A stretch of DNA of 64,000 nucleotides from Candidatus Saccharicenans sp. (GTDB taxonomy: Bacteria > Acidobacteriota > Aminicenantia > Aminicenantales > Saccharicenantaceae), in the NCBI GenBank assembly GCA_030017715.1, contig JASEIU010000001.1:782276-846275 (forward strand), given 5' to 3'. Every line of letters begins with the position of its first letter. The first letter of the stretch is position 1. Positions 19,313 to 28,746 of the stretch are shown here, one piece after another. The notes beneath the pieces were generated by a model. It searched no databases. It was not told where the DNA came from and saw nothing but the letters and a program-made list of their open reading frames with translations. A program made the translations under genes and the position numbers.

Positions 19313-19951
19313 GTGAATCAGGATTCGGCCTACGACCGGGAAAGGAAGGATATGGTCGACTTCCAGATCCGCCGCCGCGGGGTCAGCGACCGAAAAGTCC
19401 TGAAGGCCATGCTCAAGGTGCCCCGCCATCTTTTTGTCCCGGAGCAGATGAGAGAACTGGCTTACGGCGACGAACCGCTGCCGATAGGAGAGGGTCAGAC
19501 CATCTCCCAGCCCTACATTGTAGCCTATATGACGGAAGCCCTCAGGCTGCGCGGCCGGGAAAAAATGCTGGAAATCGGAACCGGTTCCGGTTATCAGACG
19601 GCCATTCTGGCTGAGATAGCCAGAGAAGTCTATACCGTGGAATTGATTCCTGAGCTTTCGGCCCGGGCCCGGGGTCTTCTGGAAAAGCTCGGCTATCGAA
19701 ACATTAACTTCCGGGTTGGAGATGGCACCCTCGGCTGGCCGGAGCATGCTCCCTATGATGCCATTCTGGTTTCAGCCGCTCCGGCTTCGGTACCGCCGGC
19801 CCTGATTGATCAGCTAAAGGTGGGCGGGAAGATGATTATCCCGGTCGGCACCGATTTTCAGGAACTGGTTCTGGTGACCAGAAAAGAAAGCGGCTGGGAA
19901 GAACAGAGACTGATCGGTGTGCGTTTCGTGCCTCTTATTACCGTGCATTGA
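19313..19951 (+). CDS. pcm: Protein-L-isoaspartate O-methyltransferase
   Basis: GQTISQPY, LEIGTGSGYQ, GDG..GWPE.APYD, VRFVPL. Confidence 0.95.
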   Translation: MNQDSAYDRERKDMVDFQIRRRGVSDRKVLKAMLKVPRHLFVPEQMRELAYGDEPLPIGEGQTISQPYIVAYMTEALRLRGREKMLEIGTGSGYQTAILAEIAREVYTVELIPELSARARGLLEKLGYRNINFRVGDGTLGWPEHAPYDAILVSAAPASVPPALIDQLKVGGKMIIPVGTDFQELVLVTRKESGWEEQRLIGVRFVPLITVH

Positions 19952-19994
19952 AATAATTCTGATTTCAGGGCAAAATGATGACAGGAGAAAAAAA

Positions 19995-20480
19995 GTGCAA
20001 CCATCGGCTCTTGTCAAGCGAGCTTTGATCGTGACGGTTCTGAGTCTGGCGGTTATGACCCAGCTTTACTGCCAATCCGGCCGCCGGGATAAGTTCATCA
20101 AGGTTTATCTTCCGGGCGGCCAGGAAATCATGGCCGAGCTGGCCGTTACTCCGGCCGAAAGGGAAAGGGGCCTGATGTTCCGGGAAAAGATAGAGCCGGA
20201 CCAGGGGATGTTGTTTGTTTTCGAGGACGAAGACCTGTATTCTTTCTGGATGAAAAACACCCTGATTCCCCTGGACATAATCTGGATCAACTCTCACCGG
20301 CAGATAGTTCATATCGAGAAAAATGTCCCGCCCTGCACCCAGGACCCCTGCCCGGGGTACATGCCGCGCCAGCCGGCCCTCTATGTGCTGGAACTTAAAG
20401 CCGGTCAGGCCGAGGCCAATAACCTCCAGCTCTATCAGAGAGTGTCTTTTATTCTCCCGGCCTGGGTTAAGAAAAAATAG
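19995..20480 (+). CDS. DUF192 family exported protein
   Basis: ERGLMFR, GMLFVF, FWMKNTLIPLDI, YVLEL; GTG 19995 follows AGGAG. Confidence 0.85.
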   Translation: MQPSALVKRALIVTVLSLAVMTQLYCQSGRRDKFIKVYLPGGQEIMAELAVTPAERERGLMFREKIEPDQGMLFVFEDEDLYSFWMKNTLIPLDIIWINSHRQIVHIEKNVPPCTQDPCPGYMPRQPALYVLELKAGQAEANNLQLYQRVSFILPAWVKKK

Positions 20481-20505
20481 GGCAGTCCGGCAAATTGGGG
20501 CTGGC

Positions 20506-21126
20506 CTAATTTCCTGTTTGATAGATCAATTGCGGTTTCTTTCCGGCTGTCTGTCCGTGGTAGAAAAGCCACTTATTATAATATTCTTCATCCATATATA
20601 TTTTTACGGCTTTCCGGTCGGAAGAGCTGACCACTCCCACAATCTGCGGGTTTCTTATTTTTTTCAGGTTGTCTTCGGGCACCACCAGCAGTTTATCGGC
20701 TGATTGAGTTTCTCCGGCCCGGACCGTTCCCCGCCCGGCCTCGGACGGGGAGGGTAGCAGAAGCAGGTTCCATTTTCCGGTTTCCGACATCGGGTCGCGG
20801 TAGATTCTTCTCAAGCATTTTTCCTTGACCAGGTCTTCCAGCGAAGAAGGGTAGGCGCCTGGCTTTTTTTGTTGATAGAGCCTGACCGCCTCGACAAACT
20901 GTTTGCCCCGGAAAATCAATTCCTCTTCCTTTTCTCGTCGGAGCTGGGTTTCCAGAACCGGAACGGCTACCAGCAGCCCGAGGCTCAGGACGAAAATGGC
21001 GATCAGCAACAGGAGCAGGGTATAGCCGGGTGGTTGAGACAGTTGAAATGATAACAACCGAAGCCCGCCTTTAAGATCAGGCTGTCTTTTTTCCCGGGTC
21101 GGTCTGGAGGTTTTTCCGGTTATCAT
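20506..21126 (-). CDS. Type II secretion/pilin-like minor pseudopilin
   Basis: G|YTLL hydrophobic N-terminus, REKEEELIFRG, YP.SLEDL, LRRIYRDPM. Confidence 0.75.
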   Translation of the reverse strand: MITGKTSRPTREKRQPDLKGGLRLLSFQLSQPPGYTLLLLLIAIFVLSLGLLVAVPVLETQLRREKEEELIFRGKQFVEAVRLYQQKKPGAYPSSLEDLVKEKCLRRIYRDPMSETGKWNLLLLPSPSEAGRGTVRAGETQSADKLLVVPEDNLKKIRNPQIVGVVSSSDRKAVKIYMDEEYYNKWLFYHGQTAGKKPQLIYQTGN

Positions 21127-21137
21127 TCCGGTTTTAG

Positions 21138-21542
21138 CTACCAGGTGTTATAAAGGGTGCCGTCAAGGGCTTTTGCTTCCGAGCCCGACTTAACGTCTAC
21201 CACTCCCAGGTTCTCGTAGGGGACATATTCGTCGGCCGGCGGCATCTGCCTGACCTCAACCCAGGTTTCGCTGGAACCGGTAACGGGGTCAATGGGTATG
21301 GATTTCAGGTAGTTTTCTTCCACCAGCGACTGCAGAGTCGGCGGGTATTTATGCTTATCCTGGTAATACTGGTCGATCATTTTGCGCATGACAAACAGAT
21401 TTTCCTTGAGAACGGCCTCTCTGGCCCGTTTGACCGACATCTGGTACTGGGGCACAGCCAGTCCCAGCAGGATGCCGATGATTGACAGGACTATCAGTAT
21501 TTCTATCAGGGTGAAGCCGCGGTTGTCGTTTATCCCTCTCAT
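21138..21542 (-). CDS. GspG-like pseudopilin
   Basis: G|FTLIE prepilin motif, REAVLKENL..MR..IDQYY.D, IP.DP; ATG at 21542 preferred over the ORF-track start. Confidence 0.85.
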   Translation of the reverse strand: MRGINDNRGFTLIEILIVLSIIGILLGLAVPQYQMSVKRAREAVLKENLFVMRKMIDQYYQDKHKYPPTLQSLVEENYLKSIPIDPVTGSSETWVEVRQMPPADEYVPYENLGVVDVKSGSEAKALDGTLYNTW

Positions 21543-21552
21543 GCTGCCTATC

Positions 21553-22065
21553 TTACCAGTCGCTGTATTTTGTTCCGTCCAGAGCCCTGGCCTGACTCCG
21601 GGTGTAAACATCATAGACATTTTCTCCCCCCCAGCTGTCGGAATCGGGTTTGTCCTGGTAGGAACGAAGTCCCCAATCGTAAGAGTTGGTCATCGGGTCC
21701 AGGGGAATTTTTCTCAAGAAGCGAACCAGAACCTTTTTGCTGGTCTTCCGGCCTGATTGGTCGCTGATATCCTGTTCCACTTCCACCCCCCTGACCAGGG
21801 TTTCGAGGTCCGGAGGATAGCCAAAGCTCTCCGGCTCAACCTTGATTTTCTTCTCGTCGGCCAGCTTTTTGTAATCGTCGATGGCTTGCCTGATCATCCT
21901 CAGATTTTGCTGGAGCTTGATTTCCTTTTCCCGTTTGACCGAGGTCTCGATAACCGGCACGGCCACCACAGTGAGCAGGGCCAGAATGGACAGGGTAACG
22001 ACCATTTCCAGGAGGGTAAACCCCTTTGGCCTCCGTTCCCGGATGCTCCTGGATGAGTCCATCAT
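21553..22065 (-). CDS. GspG-like pseudopilin
   Basis: G|FTLLE prepilin motif, GYPPDLETLV, FLRKIPLDPMT, ALDGTKY.DW. Confidence 0.85.
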   Translation of the reverse strand: MMDSSRSIRERRPKGFTLLEMVVTLSILALLTVVAVPVIETSVKREKEIKLQQNLRMIRQAIDDYKKLADEKKIKVEPESFGYPPDLETLVRGVEVEQDISDQSGRKTSKKVLVRFLRKIPLDPMTNSYDWGLRSYQDKPDSDSWGGENVYDVYTRSQARALDGTKYSDW

Positions 22066-22080
22066 ATTTTTTTATCTTAA

Positions 22081-24270
22081 TTAAAACCTGTTTCGGTCAC
22101 CTCTGGAGCGCGGCTGGTTGAAACCGTGAGGCCGGCGGTCGTGGGAATGCCCGTGGCTGCGACGTTCTCCTTCGCCCTTGGGCCGGGGCTCGGTTTCTTC
22201 CAGGGCTTTCTTGCTCAGACGGATGCGGTTGTTCTCTTCGTCTACATCGATCACTTTGACGGTCAAAGTCTGTCCCAGGCTGATTTCATCTTTGATGCTG
22301 CGGACCCGGTAGGGAGCCACTTCGGAAATGTGAAGCAGCCCGACGATGTTGGGCAGAATTTCGACAAAGGCTCCGTATTCTTCCAGCCTGACCACCTTTC
22401 CGGTGTAGACTTTGCCCAGCTCCACTTCGGCCGTGATTTCTCTGATCATCTGTTTGGCTTTCTCGGCCGATTCCACGTCGTTGGCGGCGATGGTCACCTT
22501 TCCGGTTTCCTCGATATCAATCTTGGCGTTGGTCTGGGCCACTATTTTCTTGATAATCTTGCCGGCCGGTCCGATGACATCGGGTACCTTTTCCGGGTTG
22601 ATTAACAGAATGAATATCCTCGGGGCATAGGGAGAAAGCTCCGGTCTCGGCTCGGGCAGAACCGCCTTCATTTTTTCCAGAACTTGAAGCCTGGCTTCTC
22701 GCGATTGCCACAGGGCCTCTCTCAATATCTGGGGCGTCAGGAAGGGGATCTTGAGGTCGAGCTGGATGGCCGTGATGCCCTTTTCCGAGCCGGTCACCTT
22801 GAAGTCCATGTCGCCGTAGTGGTCTTCCAGACCGGCGATATCGGTCAGGATGGCGTAGCGGTCGCCTTCCTTTACCAGGCCGGTGGCGATTCCGGCCACC
22901 ACCATTTTCAGGGGCACGCCGGCGTCCATCAGGGCCAGGACCCCGCCGCAAACGGTGGCCATGGAGGACGAGCCGTTAGATTCCAGAATGTCGGACACAA
23001 TTCTGATGGTATAGGGGAAGGTCTCCTCGTCGGGAATGGCCGGCAGGATGCCCTTTTCGGCCAGGGCTCCGTGCCCGATTTCCCTTCTTCCTGGAGCTCT
23101 CATGAACGAGACTTCTCCGACGCAGAAAGGCGGGAAATTATAATGCAGCATGAATCTCTTTTCGGCTTCTTCTCCCAGACCGTCGAGCCGCTGAACATCC
23201 TCAAAGGTGCCCAGGGTAACCGTGGCCAGGCTCTGGGTTTCGCCGCGGGTAAAGAGGGCGGAACCATGGGTGCGGGGGAGCAGCCCGACTTCGATGCTGA
23301 TCGGGCGCAGTTCGTTGAAGGCCCGGCCGTCGGCCCGGCGTCCTTCGTTCAGCACCAGCTCCCGCACCAGCTTCTTCTGCAGGTTATAGAAAATATCTTT
23401 GGTTTGAGTTATTTCTTCAGTATTCTCTTTGGGAATATCAGCCAGCAGGCGGTTGAGGATTTCATCGGCCGCTTTTTCGCTGGCCTTTTTATCCTTGATT
23501 TGAATGGCCTGAAGAAGTTCCTCCCGGACTGACTCTTCGACCTTTTTAACTTTTTCCAGGTCCGGAGTCTTGGCCTGAACCGGGAATTTCTTTATGTTTA
23601 GCTGACTGAACAGCTCTTTCTGGGCCTGAACAATTTTCCTGATTTCCGCCTCGGCCAGCAGCAATCCCTCCAGCACCTTTTCTTCTTCCACTTCGTTGGC
23701 CCCGGCCTCAATCATGCAGATGCCGTCTTCATTGCCGGCCACCACCATATTCAGAATCGAATTCTCCAGCTGGCTGGCTCTGGGGTTGATTATAAATTGG
23801 CCGTCCACCAGACCGACCTTGACCGCTCCCAGCGGAGCGGCAAACGGAATCTCTGAGAAATACAGGGCCGCCGAGGCTCCGATAATTCCCAGAGTGTCCG
23901 GTTCGTTTTCCAGGTCGGCCGACAGCAGCAGGGCCACCACCTGGGTATCCTGAAAATAACCTTCGGGAAAAAGTGGCCGGATCGGCCGGTCGATTAGTCT
24001 GGCCACCAGGATTTCTCGCTCGGAGGGCCTACCCTCGCGCTTGAAAAAACCGCCGGGAATCTTTCCGGCAGCGTAGGTGTTTTCCCGGTAATCGACGATC
24101 AGCGGCAGAAAATTCTTTTCGCCCGAAACTTCCTTTTTGCAGGTAGCGGTAACCAGCATGATGGTGTCGCCGTAGCGCACCAGAGCCGAACCGTCAGCCT
24201 GCTTGCCCACTTTGCCGAGCTCTATGGATAGAGTTCGACCACCGATTTCAATATTGATAGTGTTAGACAT
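22081..24270 (-). CDS. pnp: Polyribonucleotide nucleotidyltransferase
   Basis: GKIPGGFFKREGRP, FTRGETQ, RREIGHG, ESNGSSSMA, GDMDFK, KH and S1 domains. Confidence 0.98.
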   Translation of the reverse strand: MSNTINIEIGGRTLSIELGKVGKQADGSALVRYGDTIMLVTATCKKEVSGEKNFLPLIVDYRENTYAAGKIPGGFFKREGRPSEREILVARLIDRPIRPLFPEGYFQDTQVVALLLSADLENEPDTLGIIGASAALYFSEIPFAAPLGAVKVGLVDGQFIINPRASQLENSILNMVVAGNEDGICMIEAGANEVEEEKVLEGLLLAEAEIRKIVQAQKELFSQLNIKKFPVQAKTPDLEKVKKVEESVREELLQAIQIKDKKASEKAADEILNRLLADIPKENTEEITQTKDIFYNLQKKLVRELVLNEGRRADGRAFNELRPISIEVGLLPRTHGSALFTRGETQSLATVTLGTFEDVQRLDGLGEEAEKRFMLHYNFPPFCVGEVSFMRAPGRREIGHGALAEKGILPAIPDEETFPYTIRIVSDILESNGSSSMATVCGGVLALMDAGVPLKMVVAGIATGLVKEGDRYAILTDIAGLEDHYGDMDFKVTGSEKGITAIQLDLKIPFLTPQILREALWQSREARLQVLEKMKAVLPEPRPELSPYAPRIFILLINPEKVPDVIGPAGKIIKKIVAQTNAKIDIEETGKVTIAANDVESAEKAKQMIREITAEVELGKVYTGKVVRLEEYGAFVEILPNIVGLLHISEVAPYRVRSIKDEISLGQTLTVKVIDVDEENNRIRLSKKALEETEPRPKGEGERRSHGHSHDRRPHGFNQPRSRGDRNRF

Positions 24271-24299
24271 GGTTAAAACTCGATTTTACGGCGGATGGC

Positions 24300-24566
24300 C
24301 TATTTTCTAAGGTTCAATTTCTTGATGAGTGCCAGGTACCTCTCCTTATCATTTTCCTTGAGGTACTCCAGCAACCTTTTCCTCTGCCCGACCAGCTTCA
24401 TCAGACCGCGCCTGGAATGAAAATCCTTCTTGTGGGTCTGAAAATGAGTGATCAGCTGGTTAATCCTTTCGGTCAGGAGGGCAATCTGAACTTCCGGAGA
24501 GCCGGAATCAGACGCATGCACCTGATTGTCCTGAATGATTTTGGTCTTGGTTTCTTTCGTTAACAC
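24300..24566 (-). CDS. rpsO: 30S ribosomal protein S15
   Basis: [22 protein letters not shown]; upstream of pnp. Confidence 0.98.
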   Translation of the reverse strand: MLTKETKTKIIQDNQVHASDSGSPEVQIALLTERINQLITHFQTHKKDFHSRRGLMKLVGQRKRLLEYLKENDKERYLALIKKLNLRK

Positions 24567-24593
24567 TCTTTTAACTCCTTATATTTCCTGTAA

Positions 24594-24622
24594 ATGATAC
24601 CAGAAATCGGCCCGAATGTAAA
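24594..24622 (-). promoter_or_regulatory. Sigma70-type promoter for rpsO-pnp
   Basis: TTTACA-17-TATCAT. Confidence 0.6.
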
Positions 24623-24675
24623 ATGCCTAAAATATTGACTTTAGGAGAATTATAATTTTAATCGTTCCGGGCGGA

Positions 24676-24846
24676 TTAATTGCTGCCGGTCAGGGCTTTC
24701 TTCCTGGTCAGCAGGGCCCAGGCATAACGAGACTGCCAGCGGCCTTCAGCTTTTTTAATTTCTTCCAGTCTGGCCTCGATTTCAGCCAGGGTTAAGCGAT
24801 TGATTTTCTTGTTCTTTGCGGTTCTGTCAGCGGCCGAATCAGCCAT
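24676..24846 (-). CDS. Small hypothetical protein (56 aa)
   Basis: GGAGGT RBS 5 nt before ATG; MADSAADRTAKNKKINRLTLAEIEARLEEIKKAEGRWQSRYAWALLTRKKALTGSN; absent from the ORF track. Confidence 0.7.
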   Translation of the reverse strand: MADSAADRTAKNKKINRLTLAEIEARLEEIKKAEGRWQSRYAWALLTRKKALTGSN

Positions 24847-24944
24847 CTTTTACCTCCAGCGATGTAAAAAGAGCATATTTTAATAGCAGAAATGAGCTGA
24901 TTTGGCAAGGGTTCCCGCGGTTAGAAATGCCCTTTATTAAGGAT

Positions 24945-25019
24945 GGTCCTGTCACGGCGCGCTTCCTCCCGTCCCAGCTCCACCCATCCACCCGTGGGAA
25001 GCCCCTTTCGCTGCGGGCG
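24945..25019 (+). repeat. Intergenic hairpin repeat, core copy
   Basis: GGTCCTGTCACGGCGCGCTTCCTCCCGTCC...CCCGTGGGAAGCCCCTTTCGCTGCGGGC matches 28302-28378 and 52806-52880 (rc). Confidence 0.85.
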
Positions 25020-25175
25020 CCTGACCGGAGAGGAAGGAGCGCTATTCTTCTTTAAGAGTATACTGGTGGATAGAAAAAGCGTCCTCTACATAAATACCCT
25101 GCTGCAGGCTCGATTCAAAGAGAAGGCTTGATAATAAAGAGGGTATGATTTATTCTTGAGAAAGCGCGGAAAGCC

Positions 25176-26864
25176 ATGAACCTGAAAATTATGAACCGAA
25201 GAGATTTTTTAAGAACCTCGGGAGCGGCGGCGGCCGGGGCGGCCGGGGCCTTGATACTCGTCGGCTGTCGTCGGGAGACGGACTTTGACCTGCTCATCAA
25301 GGAAGTCCTGGTGGTCGACGGCAGCGGCCGCCCGCCATACCAGGCCGATGTCGGCATCAGAGGGAAGCATATTCAATTTATTGGAAAACTAAGAAAAGGC
25401 CGGGCCCGCCGGGTGATCGAGGCCGGCGGTCTATGTCTTTCACCCGGTTTCATAGACGTTCACAACCACACCGATGTCCAGCTTCTGGTCTGCCCGACGG
25501 CCGATAGTTTAGTCCGTCAGGGCATAACCACCGTGATCGGCGGCAACTGCGGGGCCTCCCGTTTTCCGCTGACCACGGAGATGCTGGAGACGGAAAACCG
25601 CTACCTGCGGGAAGAACTGGGGATAGAAGCCGACTGGCAGGACCTGTCGGGTTTTTTTGGGAGGCTGGCTAAAAGAGGAATCGGAATAAATTATGCCACC
25701 CTGGTCGGCCAGGGCACCGTCCGGGCAGCTGTGGTCGGCTATGGTGACCGTCAGCCGTCGGCTGAAGAGCTGTCGCAGATGAAAGACCTGGTCAGACAGG
25801 CGATGAAACAGGGAGCGGTGGGGATTTCGACCGGCCTGGAGTATGCGCCCGGGAGTTTCGCCTCCACCGGGGAGTTGATTGAGCTTATTTCCGCCATAAA
25901 AACATATAACGGAATTTATGCCACCCACATGCGGGATGAAGAGGATGGCGTCCTGGATGCGGTGGAGGAGGCCATAACCATTGCCGAAAAAACCGGAGTC
26001 AGTCTGGAAATCTCCCACCTTAAGGTCGGTTATCCCCGCAACTGGGACAGGATTGACGCTCTTCTAGAAAAGATAGACCGGGCGGCCGAAAGGAGAATAC
26101 CGGTGGCGGCCGATGTCTATCCCTATACTGCCTTTGCCACCGGTCTGAGCATCTTTTTCCCGATCTGGGTCCGGGAGGGCAAAAAAGAAGATTTTCTCGG
26201 ACGCCTGAGAAATCCGGAACTTCAGCCAGATCTGCGGGAAGCGGTCAACCAGGCCGAGCGGAACGTCGGCACCTGGGATAAGGTCCTGATCTCTTCAGTC
26301 CGGACGGAGAAGAACCGCTGGCTGGAGGGATTGAACCTGCTGCAAGCCTCTGTCCTGCAGGGCAAGGATGTCTTTACTTTTATCCGCGACCTGCTACTGG
26401 AGGAAGAAGGGCAGGTGTCCATGGTTTGCTTTGCCATGAGCGAACATAACCTTCGAAGAATTTTGAAACATCCCCTGACCTGTCTCTGCACTGACGGAGA
26501 GCTGGCCTCGACTTCGGGGCCGCTGTTTAAGGGTAAGCCGCACCCGAGATACTACGGGAGTTTTCCCCGGGCCTTGGCCGAGTACGTGCGGAAAGAGCAG
26601 TTAATGCCACTGGAAGAAATGGTCAGAAAAATGACTTCGGCCCCGGCCGAGAAGTTCGGGCTCCTTAACAGAGGCCGAATCAAGGAAGGCTACGCTGCCG
26701 ACCTGGTTCTTTTTGATATCGAAAAGATACAGGATAAAGCAACCTGGTCGGAACCACATCAATTTCCGGAAGGCCTTCCCTACGTGGCCGTAAACGGCCG
26801 GTTGGTGGTGGATGGAGGGCAGTTTACCGGGAAATTGCCCGGAGAAATCCTGAGCCGTGGCTGA
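25176..26864 (+). CDS. N-acyl-D-amino-acid deacylase (D-aminoacylase) family amidohydrolase, Tat-lipoprotein
   Basis: RRDFL plus LVGC lipobox; PGFIDVHNHTD, GNCG, STGLEYAPG, THMRDE, PHPRYYG.FPR (start may be ATG 25191). Confidence 0.9.
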   Translation: MNLKIMNRRDFLRTSGAAAAGAAGALILVGCRRETDFDLLIKEVLVVDGSGRPPYQADVGIRGKHIQFIGKLRKGRARRVIEAGGLCLSPGFIDVHNHTDVQLLVCPTADSLVRQGITTVIGGNCGASRFPLTTEMLETENRYLREELGIEADWQDLSGFFGRLAKRGIGINYATLVGQGTVRAAVVGYGDRQPSAEELSQMKDLVRQAMKQGAVGISTGLEYAPGSFASTGELIELISAIKTYNGIYATHMRDEEDGVLDAVEEAITIAEKTGVSLEISHLKVGYPRNWDRIDALLEKIDRAAERRIPVAADVYPYTAFATGLSIFFPIWVREGKKEDFLGRLRNPELQPDLREAVNQAERNVGTWDKVLISSVRTEKNRWLEGLNLLQASVLQGKDVFTFIRDLLLEEEGQVSMVCFAMSEHNLRRILKHPLTCLCTDGELASTSGPLFKGKPHPRYYGSFPRALAEYVRKEQLMPLEEMVRKMTSAPAEKFGLLNRGRIKEGYAADLVLFDIEKIQDKATWSEPHQFPEGLPYVAVNGRLVVDGGQFTGKLPGEILSRG

Positions 26865-26885
26865 GCGGAAAGGTGATAACCTGTA

Positions 26886-27836
26886 ATGAGACCTTTAAGC
26901 AAACTTCCTCCGGATAGGATTGATGTTAATTCTGTCCGAAAAAGAAAACTTCGTTTTCTGGCCGGTCTGCTGCTGGCGGCTTCTTTATTCCTTTTGCCAG
27001 TTGAGGGCAGAGCAGCCGAAAACCGCGTGCTCGAAGCCGGCACCGGAGACGTTTTCGAGCTTCGCTACCGGCAGCTGCAGCCGGGCGAGCCCCTGGTTCT
27101 GTTCTGGCAAAAGGCTGTTTCCGATTATGCCGGAGTATTTTTCGGCGACAGCAGCTTCTGGCTGAAAAGGGACGAAGGCCCGGGGCGTTTTTTGCTGCTG
27201 GGGCTGGATGTTATGTCCAGACCCGGGCAGCGGTTTCTGGAATTGGAACTGTGGGCGGGAGGACAGAGAGTTGAAAAATTGACCGTCAACCTGGAAATTG
27301 CGGCCAGGGATTTTCCGAAGAAAAAACTATCCGTCGACCAGAAATATGTGACCCCGCCGCGACAGGTCCTTGATAGAATCAAGAGGGAGTCGGAGCTGCT
27401 GGCTCTGGTATATGGCTCAAGCAGTTCCGACTGGCTGGCTGAAGGACCGTTTCTGCTGCCCTGCCAGGGAAATCTTTTTCCCAATTTCGGCCAGCAAAGA
27501 ATTTACAACGGCGTTCCGCGCTCGGTGCATACCGGTGTTGACATAGCTGTGCCGCTTGGACATCCGATTGCCGCCACCAATTCCGGCCGGGTGGTTCTGG
27601 CCTCTGACCTTTATTATTCGGGAAAAACAGTAATCATCGACCACGGCCTGGGTCTGTTCAGCAGTTATGCTCACCTATCAAAATTGCTGGTCAGAAGGGG
27701 AGAGATGGTGAAAACCGGCCAGACCGTCGGGCTGGCTGGCTCGACCGGTCTTTCTACCGGACCCCATCTCCACTGGGCGGTCAAAGTTTATGAGGCCAGG
27801 ATTGACCCGCTGTCTCTCCTGGAGTTAGGATTTTAG
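26886..27836 (+). CDS. M23 family metallopeptidase
   Basis: HTGVDIA, YAHLS, STGPHLHW; signal peptide. Confidence 0.9.
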   Translation: MRPLSKLPPDRIDVNSVRKRKLRFLAGLLLAASLFLLPVEGRAAENRVLEAGTGDVFELRYRQLQPGEPLVLFWQKAVSDYAGVFFGDSSFWLKRDEGPGRFLLLGLDVMSRPGQRFLELELWAGGQRVEKLTVNLEIAARDFPKKKLSVDQKYVTPPRQVLDRIKRESELLALVYGSSSSDWLAEGPFLLPCQGNLFPNFGQQRIYNGVPRSVHTGVDIAVPLGHPIAATNSGRVVLASDLYYSGKTVIIDHGLGLFSSYAHLSKLLVRRGEMVKTGQTVGLAGSTGLSTGPHLHWAVKVYEARIDPLSLLELGF

Positions 27837-28115
27837 GTCCGCCTTCCGGGACTGACTTCAGAAAAATATCTTCGCCCCACACCCTGAGATATGACAGCCA
27901 ATACCGTCATATCCACCGATTTTTGGTGGCCTGACCTCAGGAGCAGGCAATCTGCCCGACCCGGTTATGGTCCGAGAATCGCCAATCCGATTTTCGGGCA
28001 GGCTGATTCTTCCGGCAACGAGACACCGGCGACTGATGATGAGGGACCAGACTTCTTTCTATCCGCGACCTGCGCCCCGCGCCACCGAAGACAGCTGCCG
28101 GAAATGCTTTTTGGG

Positions 28116-28746
28116 TCTTCTCCAAATTAGTTGACAAAATACCATATCTATTAAATGAGAGAAAATTAATGAATTCTTCTTTTTGTGATAGCCTTGCCGT
28201 TTCAATGGCGGCCGAAATTGTAAGGAGGGGACTGTCAGGTCGGGCCAGCCTCATGAAACCCATTTCTTGCTGTTTTTTTATTGGCTCTTGTAATAGGGGA
28301 GGGTCCTGTCACGGCCCGCCTCCTCCCGTCCTCGCTCCACCCATCCCCCCGCGGGGAACCCCTTCCGCTGCGGCCGGTTCGGAGACAGACCGTGCCACCC
28401 TCTGAAAGCCTTTCTTCGCCGATTCTTTATTGGACCGGATTAGAAAGAACGTCCTGCCGGGCTGGGCCGCGCTCCGGAGATCGGATTCTCGCCGATTCAT
28501 TGTCGGCTGAAATTATAAGGAGGGGACTGTCAGGTCGGGCCAGCCTCCTGCCTTTATTGCCGCCGGTCAGGGAAACAGAGAGGCTTCCTCGTTTGGTCAG
28601 AGCCGGGGCTGATCAAAAGGCTGCGAAGACACTTCTTTTAATCTCTCTTTGAGGCTGTGCCTCTAAAGGCCGCTCCCGATCCAATGAAATCTTATAGTCA
28701 TTCGACCAGATATTTTTCTTTTGACCAACTGATCGGGAGATGAACC
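28116..28746 (+). repeat. Long composite intergenic repeat, copy A
   Basis: Colinear with rc of 52581-53034 from TCTTCTCCAAATTAGTTGA to CGGGAGATGAACC; contains an internal duplication 28210-28252/28505-28547. Confidence 0.9.

Noticed and set aside
18047..19747. 566-aa ORF on the minus strand
   Set aside because: Antisense shadow of proS/pcm with no recognisable motifs. The same applies to other long antisense ORFs such as 29095-30048, 56033-57046, 57799-58743 and 59451-60392
28169..28652. ORFs inside the long repeat (also 52686-52958 and 24816-25055) sharing peptide stretches
   Set aside because: The similarity comes from the DNA repeat; indels shift the frame between copies and starts/stops are not conserved
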